A stretch of DNA of 32,000 bases from Candidatus Wolframiiraptor gerlachensis. Its GTDB lineage: Archaea > Thermoproteota > Nitrososphaeria_A > Caldarchaeales > Wolframiiraptoraceae. Within the stretch, counting starts at the first letter, position 1, and each line of letters starts with the position of its first letter. The notes under the pieces are model-generated. The model had not been told where the DNA came from, ran no database searches, and worked only from the letters and a program-made list of their open reading frames with translations. This document shows, piece after piece, positions 15,647 to 24,493 of this stretch. The stretch covers positions 8,877-40,876 of the forward strand of contig JAJPCT020000026.1 in the NCBI GenBank assembly GCA_021323375.2, written 5' to 3'. The position numbers were made by a program, and so were the translations under genes.

Positions 15647-16288
15647 CTAGGAAACCTCAACCCTCTCAATCTTTTCTAATGCCTGCGCGATAAGCTCCTC
15701 GACTGGCAGGGATTTCTCGATGCTCTCGATCTCCTCCAGCTTAGCCGCCGTCGCCTGCCTCCGCGGCACGAAGAGCGTGCAGCAGTCCTCCTGAGGCTTT
15801 ATCGAGATATCATATGTCCCTATCTCCCTCGCCAAGCTCATTATCTCCTCCTTATCAAATCCTATAAGCGGCCTTAAAACAGGGATTCTGGCAGCGGCAT
15901 CTATAACCCTGAGATTCTGGAGTGTTTGGGAGGATACCTGGGCCAAGCTCTCGCCCGTAACAAGGAATGCAGCCCCCTCCCTCTCAGCAACCCTCTCAGC
16001 GATCCTGAGCATGAACCTCCTATACAGGATGACGAGATATCTCGGATCAACCCTCGTCCTAAGGTAGGATTGTATCTCGGCGAGGGGCGCGAGGTATAGT
16101 GTGCGCGTGGGCCCATGGCTTGAGAGGATCTTGACGAGTTGCATCGCCTTATAGACGCTGGATCTCGAGACGATTGGGAAGCTGTGGAAATGCAGGTAGA
16201 CTAGCTCCACGCCCCTTCTAAGCATGAGATATGATGAGACGGGTGAGTCTATTCCCCCCGAGATCAGCGAGACCGCCCTCATCACCAT
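15647..16288 (-). CDS. thiI: ThiI-like PP-loop sulfurtransferase domain only (no THUMP/ferredoxin-like or rhodanese domain)
   Basis: The PP-loop SGGIDSPVSSYLM, TGESLAQVSSQTLQNL, VLRPLIGFDKEEI and the ThiI-specific EDCCTLFVP are present. The protein is only 213 aa. Confidence 0.82.
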   Translation of the reverse strand: MVMRAVSLISGGIDSPVSSYLMLRRGVELVYLHFHSFPIVSRSSVYKAMQLVKILSSHGPTRTLYLAPLAEIQSYLRTRVDPRYLVILYRRFMLRIAERVAEREGAAFLVTGESLAQVSSQTLQNLRVIDAAARIPVLRPLIGFDKEEIMSLAREIGTYDISIKPQEDCCTLFVPRRQATAAKLEEIESIEKSLPVEELIAQALEKIERVEVS

Positions 16289-16314
16289 CCATGGAAGATA
16301 TGATGCGTGTCCGT

Positions 16315-16323
16315 CTTAAACAT
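16315..16323 (-). promoter_or_regulatory. TATA-like box for the thiI-like gene
   Basis: The minus-strand sequence tgtttaaga is centred about 31 nt upstream of ATG 16288, inside the 55-nt gap after iscS. Confidence 0.45.
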
Positions 16324-16343
16324 CGCCCCCTTTGGCAACGATA

Positions 16344-17498
16344 TCATGCTCTCCTATACTTCGCGGCTATCTCCCCCATACAATCGATCACGTAATCGAT
16401 CTCATCCTCGGTGGTCCATCTCCCTATGCTGAGCCTTAGTCCGCTCTTGGCTTGCCTCTCGTTTAGTCCTATGGCTAGTAGGACGTGGCTTGGCTCGATC
16501 TTCCCGCTTGAGCAGGCGGAGCCTGTTGAGGCCGCCACACCCCTCTCATTCAGCTCCATTATCAGCCTCTCGCCATCGATGAATTCTAGCCAGAAGCTCG
16601 CGATCGTCTGGAGCCTCTTCTCCGGATGCCCGGTCAGGTGCACGCCACCTATCCCGAGCATCTCATGGATCAGTCTTCTACAAAGCCTCCCCAGCCTCTC
16701 GGCCTCATCATGCATGACTTCTCTGGCGATCTCACATGCCTTAGCGAACCCGATGGCCCCCGCGACATTCACGGTGCTGGATCTCAATCCATACTCGTGG
16801 CCGCCTCCATGAAGTAGAGGCTCCAGCCTGACGCCATCCCTGACATAGAGGCCACCAACCCCCTTAGGACCATAGATCTTGTGAGCGCTCAGGGTCAACA
16901 GGTCCACGCGCATCTCCTCAACGTCCACCGGGAGCTTTCCAAGGCTCTGAGCAGCATCGACATGGAAATATACTCCGCGCTCCCTGCAAATCTCGCCAAT
17001 CTCCTTTATGGGCTCTATTGTGCCGATCTCATTGTTCGCATGCATTATCGAGACGAGTATCGTGTCCCTCCTAATCGCCTCTTCAACGTCGCCGGGGTCC
17101 ACGATCCCGTGAACATCCACTGGGAGATATGTTACCTCGAAGCCGTTTTTCTCGAGCCACTTACATGGCTCTAGGACGCTTGGATGCTCTATCTTGGATG
17201 TTATGATGTGCCTGCCTTTTCCTCGATTGGCTAGGGCGACGCCCTTTATGGCGAGGTTATTGCTCTCCGTCGCGCTGCTCGTGAAGATGAGCTCCATAGG
17301 GTTTGCATTGATGAACGCGGCAACAAACTCCCTAGCCCTCTCGAGGGCCTCCCTCGCCTCCATACCCCAGGCATGGGGGCTCATCGTGTTCCCGAACTTC
17401 TCGCGGAAATACGGCATCATAGCCTCAAGAACCCTAGGATCAATCGGCGTCGTCGAGGCATAATCCATGTAGACACGGCGAGATCTAACCATGCTCAA
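16344..17498 (-). CDS. iscS: Cysteine desulfurase (NifS/IscS, class V aminotransferase)
   Basis: YMDYASTTP, the PLP-lysine SAHKIYGPKGVG and the active-site loop STGSACSS are present. 17498 is a TTG; an ATG alternative lies at 17492. Confidence 0.92.
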   Translation of the reverse strand: MSMVRSRRVYMDYASTTPIDPRVLEAMMPYFREKFGNTMSPHAWGMEAREALERAREFVAAFINANPMELIFTSSATESNNLAIKGVALANRGKGRHIITSKIEHPSVLEPCKWLEKNGFEVTYLPVDVHGIVDPGDVEEAIRRDTILVSIMHANNEIGTIEPIKEIGEICRERGVYFHVDAAQSLGKLPVDVEEMRVDLLTLSAHKIYGPKGVGGLYVRDGVRLEPLLHGGGHEYGLRSSTVNVAGAIGFAKACEIAREVMHDEAERLGRLCRRLIHEMLGIGGVHLTGHPEKRLQTIASFWLEFIDGERLIMELNERGVAASTGSACSSGKIEPSHVLLAIGLNERQAKSGLRLSIGRWTTEDEIDYVIDCMGEIAAKYRRA

Positions 17499-17555
17499 GC
17501 CATGATCAATTATTGTTTTCTCACAATATATGCTCTCCCCGCGGCGATATCCCGG

Positions 17556-18407
17556 CTACCAAGCTTTGCAGATCATGTCATAATCCTCTTTTGCGAGCTT
17601 CCAGCCAGCCGCGCCTGCATTCTCCTCAAGATGTTGCCTCTGCAGGGCTTTCGGTATCGCTATCACTTGATCATGCCAGATAACCCAGTTAAGCGCTATC
17701 TGAACAGGCGTCTTGGAGTATTTCTCGGCGAGCTCCATGAGCAGCTGGATCCTCCTCTCCGTGGGCTTCTTGAGATCAGCTAGAAGGGCGCCCCTCGCGA
17801 GGGGAGAGTAGGCCACCGCAGTCATGCCATTCCTGAAGCAGTATGGTATCAGATCCGCCTCAATCTTCCTATTATAGAGGCTATACTCCGCCTGGATCGC
17901 GACCACATCGGTTGTGGATAGATAGGATCTCGCCTCCTCTATCTGGGTGGGCGAGAAGTTGCTTAACCCGATGTATCTTATCTTACCATCCTTATAGAGG
18001 CGCTCCATAGCCCTCATGCTCTCCGAGAGGGGAATCACATCACTCGGCCAGTGTATGTAGTATAGGTCTATGTAGCTTGTCTGAAGTCTCTTCAAGCTCC
18101 TCTCACAAGCCTTCAACAAATCATCATATCTCAGGTTTGTTGGCCACACCTTACTTGCTATGAAAACCTCGTCCCTCTTGAAGGCTTTTATCGCTTCTCC
18201 GACGAGCTCCTCCGCGTGGCCACCGCCATACATCTCAGCAGTATCTATATGCGTCATGCCGAGCTCTATAGCATATCTTATCGCCTCAACGGCCTCTCTA
18301 TCCCTTGAATAATCTGGCGAGCCACCACCGCCAATCAGCCACGTCCCAAGACCTATCGCAGCTATTCTCTCGCCAGTCTTACCCAAAAACCTATACTCCA
18401 TGACCAT
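17556..18407 (-). CDS. Aldo/keto reductase
   Basis: GLGTW, IDTAEMYGGGHAEE, IDLYYIHWP and IGLSNF are present; 283 aa. Confidence 0.88.
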   Translation of the reverse strand: MVMEYRFLGKTGERIAAIGLGTWLIGGGGSPDYSRDREAVEAIRYAIELGMTHIDTAEMYGGGHAEELVGEAIKAFKRDEVFIASKVWPTNLRYDDLLKACERSLKRLQTSYIDLYYIHWPSDVIPLSESMRAMERLYKDGKIRYIGLSNFSPTQIEEARSYLSTTDVVAIQAEYSLYNRKIEADLIPYCFRNGMTAVAYSPLARGALLADLKKPTERRIQLLMELAEKYSKTPVQIALNWVIWHDQVIAIPKALQRQHLEENAGAAGWKLAKEDYDMICKAW

Positions 18408-18504
18408 AACTATACCTCAACTCGATGTTCCATCCCAAATATGATATATGTGTTCACTCGCTGGGAACGTATTTTAGCCGCCCCACTTAAAGGTAAGGCT
18501 CGGG

Positions 18505-19833
18505 TTGTCTTTAGCTCGTATGTCCCTGAGTTTAAGGCTTCTCCTGACCTTGGAGATGGCCTTCGCGGGGATATACCTAGCCCTGACCAGGAATCTCCTC
18601 GTAATTTATCTAGCCTCGATAGAATTTGATGTGGGCGGCATCTCCCTTATAACATTAATCGCCACAGCCATCGCATCCCTCGTCTCGATAATTCTTTGGA
18701 GGTTCCCGAACCTCCTTACCCGAAGAGTTAAGCTGAAACTCCTGTTATTCCATGCACTTGAACGGGTCTTCTGGATACCAATAGTACTCGTAAGAGATCT
18801 GGTGAGCATAGCGATCTTTTACACAGTGATAAGCTTCTCGTCAACAATCATAGTATCTTTAATGAATCTCCTAATTTACTTATCATTCGACGAGGCAGGA
18901 GTCAGAGATGTTACCGCGAAGAGAGCGATCGCCGGAAACCTGATGAGTATCATAGGATCTATGGCGGCGATAACGACGCTAGCAATGTTGCCAGAAGACC
19001 TGAAATTTGTCATAACGTTTGTCATGGGTTCTCTGATAGGCCTTCTCGCCACACTCGTACTCTCTATCGCAGATATGAGGCATCTTGAGGGCGCTGAAGT
19101 GCCGAGGAAGGTTGAAAGGCCCGAACAGATGTTCACAATATCATCGTTCCTGCTCGCGATGCTGACATCCAGCAACCTCCTCGGAATAGTGTGGACGCCC
19201 TATCTGATGGGGGTTCTAGGGGCGCCAGACTACCTTGCAGCCACCATGAATTTCATCTCGACGATCTTCGGCATTGTGGGATCATTTTTCTGGGCGAGGA
19301 GATCTCTCGGAAGCTTTAGACTTGCTATCGGCAGCTTAATACTGGTCCCAATCGCCGCCTTCATCACGCCAATACCCACAGCCCATCTTGGGGTAATGGC
19401 CTTCGGCTCGTTCATGTTCACTGGAGCAAGCTTTCTCGGAAATTTCCTATTTGCTAGGTACTTGAGGGAGTTCGGTGCGGTCAGGTCCAGCATAATGCTC
19501 TCCATGCTTGCGAACCTCTCCCAGCTCTTGGCAACACCATTCGGCATGATCTTCAGCCAGAGCTATATGCTCCTATTCACCTCAGTGATCTTAATTAGGC
19601 TGCTATCCGTGGCACTCGCATTCCTCACGGTACCGGAGGTCGCAACGGTGCCAGAGGAAGTCGCGAGAACATACTCTCAGCTCATCTACGCGAATAGCCT
19701 CATGGGATACTCGTACATCTTGGAGACGAGCAAGGAGGTGGTGGCTCTCACAGTCAGGCTCCTCGCCCTAGCCATGGTGCTGATCCTCCTCTACATACTC
19801 TACAAATTCATCTTCTTCCTAGCCGGGGTCTAG
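18505..19833 (+). CDS. Polytopic membrane protein, MFS-like transporter candidate
   Basis: 442 aa with roughly 12 hydrophobic segments and a basic loop (LTRRVKLK) after early helices, reminiscent of MFS. No firm motif was found. The start is TTG 18505 or ATG 18520. Confidence 0.55.
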   Translation: MSLARMSLSLRLLLTLEMAFAGIYLALTRNLLVIYLASIEFDVGGISLITLIATAIASLVSIILWRFPNLLTRRVKLKLLLFHALERVFWIPIVLVRDLVSIAIFYTVISFSSTIIVSLMNLLIYLSFDEAGVRDVTAKRAIAGNLMSIIGSMAAITTLAMLPEDLKFVITFVMGSLIGLLATLVLSIADMRHLEGAEVPRKVERPEQMFTISSFLLAMLTSSNLLGIVWTPYLMGVLGAPDYLAATMNFISTIFGIVGSFFWARRSLGSFRLAIGSLILVPIAAFITPIPTAHLGVMAFGSFMFTGASFLGNFLFARYLREFGAVRSSIMLSMLANLSQLLATPFGMIFSQSYMLLFTSVILIRLLSVALAFLTVPEVATVPEEVARTYSQLIYANSLMGYSYILETSKEVVALTVRLLALAMVLILLYILYKFIFFLAGV

Positions 19834-19840
19834 GGGTAAG

Positions 19841-19848
19841 CTAAAAAG
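19841..19848 (+). promoter_or_regulatory. TATA-like box for the 220-aa membrane protein gene
   Basis: ctaaaaag is centred about 30 nt upstream of ATG 19874. Confidence 0.35.
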
Positions 19849-19873
19849 CAGCCGAGTCTCCCTAATCCATCGC

Positions 19874-20536
19874 ATGAATGGTTTAGGCGAGGAAGCCCTC
19901 AGGGAGTTCGCATCCAAGCTCTTATTGGATTTCATCACGCTCATCCCGAAGCTCATCCTCGGGACAATCGTGGTGATAATCGCCTTTCTAGTGCTCAAGT
20001 TCATAGGCGGGGCTATCAAGAAGCTTCTTTCAATCGTGGATCTCGATGGATTCGTGGAGAGGAGCCTCGGCGTGAAGCTCCCAATATCCTTTAACTCCAT
20101 CATCCTCTGGATCTTCTATGCTGGAGTTCTCTTGGCATCGCTCTACGGTCTAATTCACATATTCTTGGGGCCGGAGTACCTGAGCCTAGCCAACTCGGCG
20201 CTAATCTACGGCGCTAGGGTGATAAGCGTCATAGTCCTAGCGCTCATCCTCTTCACGGCATTCTCAGCACTGATAGAGAAGATAAGGATCGAGAGCAGAT
20301 TGAAGGGATTCCTGCTCTTCATTGCGATGCTCCTCATAACAACGATGCTGATAGATGTAACCGCCTTAAGTGAGCCGGTCAAGGAGGCCCTATACATGGG
20401 CCTAGCCATTGGGATAGGATTATCCCTTGTGACTTTCTCGATCTGGTTCTTCTTCGGCGAATACTTGGAGAGATTGGTCGAGAGGCCGAGTAGGAGGAGA
20501 CAGTCGGAGAGCCCCGAGCGGCAGAACACCAGCTAA
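19874..20536 (+). CDS. Membrane protein with TM_helix-repeat/MscS-N-terminal-like segments
   Basis: LDFITLIPKLILGTIVVIIAFLVLKFIGGAIKKLL...DLDGF resembles the conserved TM-helix repeat found at the N-termini of mechanosensitive-channel-like proteins. The C-terminus is basic. Confidence 0.5.
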   Translation: MNGLGEEALREFASKLLLDFITLIPKLILGTIVVIIAFLVLKFIGGAIKKLLSIVDLDGFVERSLGVKLPISFNSIILWIFYAGVLLASLYGLIHIFLGPEYLSLANSALIYGARVISVIVLALILFTAFSALIEKIRIESRLKGFLLFIAMLLITTMLIDVTALSEPVKEALYMGLAIGIGLSLVTFSIWFFFGEYLERLVERPSRRRQSESPERQNTS

Positions 20537-20668
20537 TCCTCCCGAAAATTGGGCTCCATGCGGCTTAGGAAAGAGGCTGGATAAGACTCAAAAGCTAGTC
20601 GTTATATGTCGTTGCTGGGGGATAGCGTGCCTCGTCGAAGCGGCCGAGGGTCTGAGGGTGGCTCGGAG

Positions 20669-21646
20669 ATGCAGGCTGAGAAAAAGATCTATCTCCGTAT
20701 AGAGGATCTGCCCTCGGTCGGCGCGGCCACGGCCCAGAAGCTTAGGGAGATAGGCTTCTCGACGATAGAGTCGCTGGCGACGGCGACGATCGCCGAGCTG
20801 GCGGCTGCCGGGATTGGTGAGAAGAGGGCTGCTGAGATAATAGCGGCTGCTAGGGAGGCAATAGAGATAAGCTGGGTGACGGCAAAGCAGCTGGCCGAGC
20901 TTAAGAAGGGTGTTGGGCGGATAACGACCGGCAGCAAGGCCCTCGACAACCTGATCGGCGGAGGAGTTGAAACACAGTCGATAACGGAGTTCTTTGGGGA
21001 GTTTGGGAGCGGTAAATCCCAGCTATGTCACCAGCTAGCTGTTAACGTCCAGCTTCCGCCTGAGAGGGGTGGCTTGAACGGCGCGGCCCTCTACATAGAC
21101 ACCGAGAACACCTTCAGGATCGAGCGTATAGCCCAGATGGCGAGACACGTGGGGCTCGATCCGGATGAGGCCTGCGAGCGGATAATCTACGCGGAGGCCT
21201 ACAATAGCGATCACCAGATTCTACTGCTCGAGAAGGCTGATAGGGTGATCAAGGAGAATAATGTCAGGCTGATAATAATAGACTCGCTCACAGCGCATTT
21301 CAGGAGCGAGTATGTTGGGAGGCAGAGCCTGCCGGAGAGGCAGCAAAAGCTTAACAAGCATATGCATAAGCTTCTCAGGCTTGCTAGGGCCTTTAACGCC
21401 GCAGCGGTTGTTACGAACCAGGTGATGGCCAGGCCTGATGAGTTCTTCAGCGCCATGGCCGTGCTCCCGGTGGGAGGTCACATTGTCGGCCACACGAGCC
21501 ACACGAGAATATATCTGAGAAAAGCGGCTGGGAAGAATGTTAGGATAGCGAGGCTCGTGGCGAGCCCATATCTCCCGGAGGGCGAGGCGCTCTTCAGGAT
21601 AACGGAGAACGGGATAGAGGACTTGGAGGGGGAGGCTGCTGAATGA
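20669..21646 (+). CDS. radA: DNA repair and recombination protein RadA
   Basis: [20 protein letters not shown] (HhH), Walker [25 protein letters not shown] and NQV are present, with close colinearity to archaeal RadA. The track ORF starts at 20606, but that ATG lies inside a TATA-like ttatat. ATG 20669 is preceded by GGTGG. Confidence 0.93.
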   Translation: MQAEKKIYLRIEDLPSVGAATAQKLREIGFSTIESLATATIAELAAAGIGEKRAAEIIAAAREAIEISWVTAKQLAELKKGVGRITTGSKALDNLIGGGVETQSITEFFGEFGSGKSQLCHQLAVNVQLPPERGGLNGAALYIDTENTFRIERIAQMARHVGLDPDEACERIIYAEAYNSDHQILLLEKADRVIKENNVRLIIIDSLTAHFRSEYVGRQSLPERQQKLNKHMHKLLRLARAFNAAAVVTNQVMARPDEFFSAMAVLPVGGHIVGHTSHTRIYLRKAAGKNVRIARLVASPYLPEGEALFRITENGIEDLEGEAAE

Positions 21647-22056
21647 GCCAGCAGGCTGGTAGAGCCGTGAAAAACTTCTTCACACTACTCTTCTCGGGCA
21701 AGATAAGCAAGGCCGAGGAGTCCCTTAGCAGGCTGGAGAAAAAGCTCGGCAATAATGGCTACTACAAGGCTCTTTACGGGATATACTACGCCTATATCAC
21801 CGATGACCGGGACTCCTTCATATTCCAGCTCTGGAAAAGATACCTCGGCGGCGAGGATAAGGCCAACCTCAAGAAGATATTCACAGATCTACTCAAGGAG
21901 GCTTATGATCCACCCAAAGACTTCATACAGGCTTGGATCGACCTAATAGATATGATAGATTCGCTTCCAGTACCGCATAAGCTTTCTAAAGAGCAGGCAG
22001 CATTAGAAAGCGTGGAGGAGGGCGAGGTAGAGGCGGAGGCCGAGCAGGAATCCTAG
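21643..22056 (+). CDS. Hypothetical helical protein with acidic C-terminal tail, translationally coupled to radA
   Basis: There is an ATGA overlap with the radA stop. The 137-aa protein ends [17 protein letters not shown] recognise no family. Confidence 0.6.
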   Translation: MSQQAGRAVKNFFTLLFSGKISKAEESLSRLEKKLGNNGYYKALYGIYYAYITDDRDSFIFQLWKRYLGGEDKANLKKIFTDLLKEAYDPPKDFIQAWIDLIDMIDSLPVPHKLSKEQAALESVEEGEVEAEAEQES

Positions 22057-22065
22057 AAGGAAGCC

Positions 22066-24075
22066 CTACTCCAGCCCGAATTGCTTAATGATTCTATCGG
22101 CGATGGCCTCAGGGGTGAAGCCGAAGTCCTTTATCAAGTCTTTATAGGGCGCTGACTTCCCAAACCTCTCTATGCTTATCACGAGGCCATCCTCCCCGAC
22201 ATACTTGTACCAGCAGAGCCCCACTCCAGCCTCTATCGCGACTCTTCGCTTAATGTGTCTTGGAATGACGCTTCTCTTATAATCCTCATCTTGGAGTTCG
22301 AAGACCTCGAATGATGCCATGTTGACAACCCTTACCCTGAGTCCCCGGCTCTCAAGTATCTTCTTTGCATCGAGGGCTACGTGCACCTCGGAGCCCGAGG
22401 CTATGATGAGGAGATCGGGCTCGCCATCCCTTGCATCCGCCAAGACATATGCTCCCCTCCTTATGCTCTCGGCCGGCGGGTATATGCTCCTATCAAGGGT
22501 TGGGACCTTCTGCCTAGTGAGAATTATGGCGGTGGGGCCATCTTTCCGGCTTATCGCCATATCCCACGCGACCGCAACTTCATTCGCATCACATGGTCTA
22601 ATGACCCACATGTTTGGTATGAGCCTGAGGGATGAAAGCTGCTCCACGGGCTGATGCGTGGGCCCATCCTCCCCAACCCAGACAGAGTCATGAGTAAATA
22701 CGTAGATAACCTGTAGCCTAGCCATCGCCGCGAGCCTGATCGGCGGTCTCATATAATCCGAGAAGACGAGGAATGTTCCACCGTATGGCAAGATCCCGCC
22801 ATGATACGCCATGCCATTCATTATGGCCCCCATCGCATGCTCCCTGACGCCATAGTGTATGAACCTGCCAAGAGGATTATCGGCCTGAAAGCTACCATAA
22901 TCATGGAGATATGTGCCAGTTGACTCCGCGAGATCCGCGGACCCCCCGATCATCAGGGGCAGATACTTCGCAATCGCGTTGATCACCTTATTATTCGCCT
23001 GCCGGGTGGCGAGCTCCTCATCCTTACTAAAGGTGGGTAGATGCTTCCTATACTCGGTGCCCCAATCCCTGTTAAACGCCCTTATTAGGAGGTCGGCGAG
23101 CTCCGGATAATTCTCGCGATACTTCTCGAAGAGCTTCCTCCACTCAGCCTCCCTCCGCTCACCCTCCTCGATCTTCCTCCTCCTATATTCCCAAACCTCC
23201 TCGGGTACATAGAATTCCTCCAGCGGCCATCCAGCCCTCTTCTTAACCTCCATCACGACCTCCTTTCCGAGTGGAGCACCATGCGCCCTGCAATCATCCT
23301 GCATAGGAGTCCCATAGGCTAGATGCGTCCTCACGGCTATGAATGAGGGCCTAGACGTCTCCTCCCTCGCCCTTCTCAAGGCCTTCTCAAGCGCGTCAAG
23401 ATCATACCCATCCTCAATACTCTGGACATGCCAGCCAAATGCCTCAAACCTCTCCACAACATTCTCGGACCATGCAAGCGACGTCGGCCCATCTATCGAG
23501 ACCCTGTTATTATCCCATATGACGATTAGCTTATTGAGCTTTAAGTGGCCGGCGAGAGCACCTACCTCGCTTGACACTCCCTCCATAAGATCGCCATCAC
23601 TACATACCACGTAGGTGTAATGGTCAATTATATTGAAACCCTTTCTATTGAAGTAGCTTGAGAGATATTTCTCAGCGATCGCCATTCCAACTGAGTTCCC
23701 GAGACCCTGACCAAGAGGCCCCGTAGTGGTCTCGACGCCCGGCGTCAGCCAGCTCTCCGGATGACCCGGCGTTATGCTATCAAGCTGCCTAAACCTCTTA
23801 AGATCATCAAGCGTTATATCATACCCGTTAACGAAGAGTGTCGCATATAGCATAGCGCTAGCATGTCCCGCGGAGAGGACAAACCTGTCCCTATCAATCC
23901 ACTTCGGGTTCTTGGGATTGAACTTCAGAAACCTGCTGAAGATTAGATGCGCTATATGTGCTGCTCCTAGGGGCATTCCGGGATGACCAGATTTTGCGCG
24001 TTCAATCTGATCAAGGCTGAGAAACCTGATGGTATTTATGATAACCTCGTCAAGGGATCTTTCACTCATCTTCAC
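22066..24075 (-). CDS. tkt: Transketolase (full-length, unsplit)
   Basis: SGHPGMPLGAA, the ThDP-binding CSDGDLMEGVS...NN, GEDGPTHQPVEQL and the C-terminal domain are all in one 669-aa ORF. Confidence 0.93.
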   Translation of the reverse strand: MKMSERSLDEVIINTIRFLSLDQIERAKSGHPGMPLGAAHIAHLIFSRFLKFNPKNPKWIDRDRFVLSAGHASAMLYATLFVNGYDITLDDLKRFRQLDSITPGHPESWLTPGVETTTGPLGQGLGNSVGMAIAEKYLSSYFNRKGFNIIDHYTYVVCSDGDLMEGVSSEVGALAGHLKLNKLIVIWDNNRVSIDGPTSLAWSENVVERFEAFGWHVQSIEDGYDLDALEKALRRAREETSRPSFIAVRTHLAYGTPMQDDCRAHGAPLGKEVVMEVKKRAGWPLEEFYVPEEVWEYRRRKIEEGERREAEWRKLFEKYRENYPELADLLIRAFNRDWGTEYRKHLPTFSKDEELATRQANNKVINAIAKYLPLMIGGSADLAESTGTYLHDYGSFQADNPLGRFIHYGVREHAMGAIMNGMAYHGGILPYGGTFLVFSDYMRPPIRLAAMARLQVIYVFTHDSVWVGEDGPTHQPVEQLSSLRLIPNMWVIRPCDANEVAVAWDMAISRKDGPTAIILTRQKVPTLDRSIYPPAESIRRGAYVLADARDGEPDLLIIASGSEVHVALDAKKILESRGLRVRVVNMASFEVFELQDEDYKRSVIPRHIKRRVAIEAGVGLCWYKYVGEDGLVISIERFGKSAPYKDLIKDFGFTPEAIADRIIKQFGLE

Positions 24076-24125
24076 GTGACGATGAGAGTCTTCCTATTAA
24101 ATTTAAGCCCAGTTATTGATGCTGA

Positions 24126-24425
24126 TCAAAGTATGTTGAAGACGATTATCAGGCTGATGATCCACATAGCCCCGTAGGCGGTTGCCCCGCTCAAGTATAG
24201 TCTCCTCCCGAGCATCATCCTCTGCTCTTGGGGCAATATTATCCTAAGTATTATCGCTGAAAGTATGTAGACGGCGATGGCGAGCGTTATCCCGAGGAAT
24301 ATGGTCGGCTCATACAACCTCAGGAGAGCTGTTAATGAGCCCATCATCACACCGCCAATGAACCTAGCCCAGTAAAGCTTGTCCTCGAGCTTCAAGACCG
24401 TGTCACCTTGAATCCGGAAAGCCAA
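24126..24425 (-). CDS. Small 3-TM membrane protein (possible EMC6/Rab5ip-like)
   Basis: 99 aa with a TTG start. Three hydrophobic helices carry small-residue (G/A/S) motifs. The resemblance to EMC6 is by eye only. Confidence 0.5.
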   Translation of the reverse strand: MAFRIQGDTVLKLEDKLYWARFIGGVMMGSLTALLRLYEPTIFLGITLAIAVYILSAIILRIILPQEQRMMLGRRLYLSGATAYGAMWIISLIIVFNIL

Positions 24426-24454
24426 GATCTCTTAATATTTGCGGGCAACACTTG

Positions 24455-24463
24455 TTAATAAAA
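24455..24463. promoter_or_regulatory. AT-rich TATA-like element between divergent genes
   Basis: ttaataaaa is centred about 35 nt from the NFACT start (24494/24497) and about 34 nt from the small membrane protein start (24425). Confidence 0.35.
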
Positions 24464-24493
24464 GGATTCGTCTAGAATGATGGGGCTGGAGAG

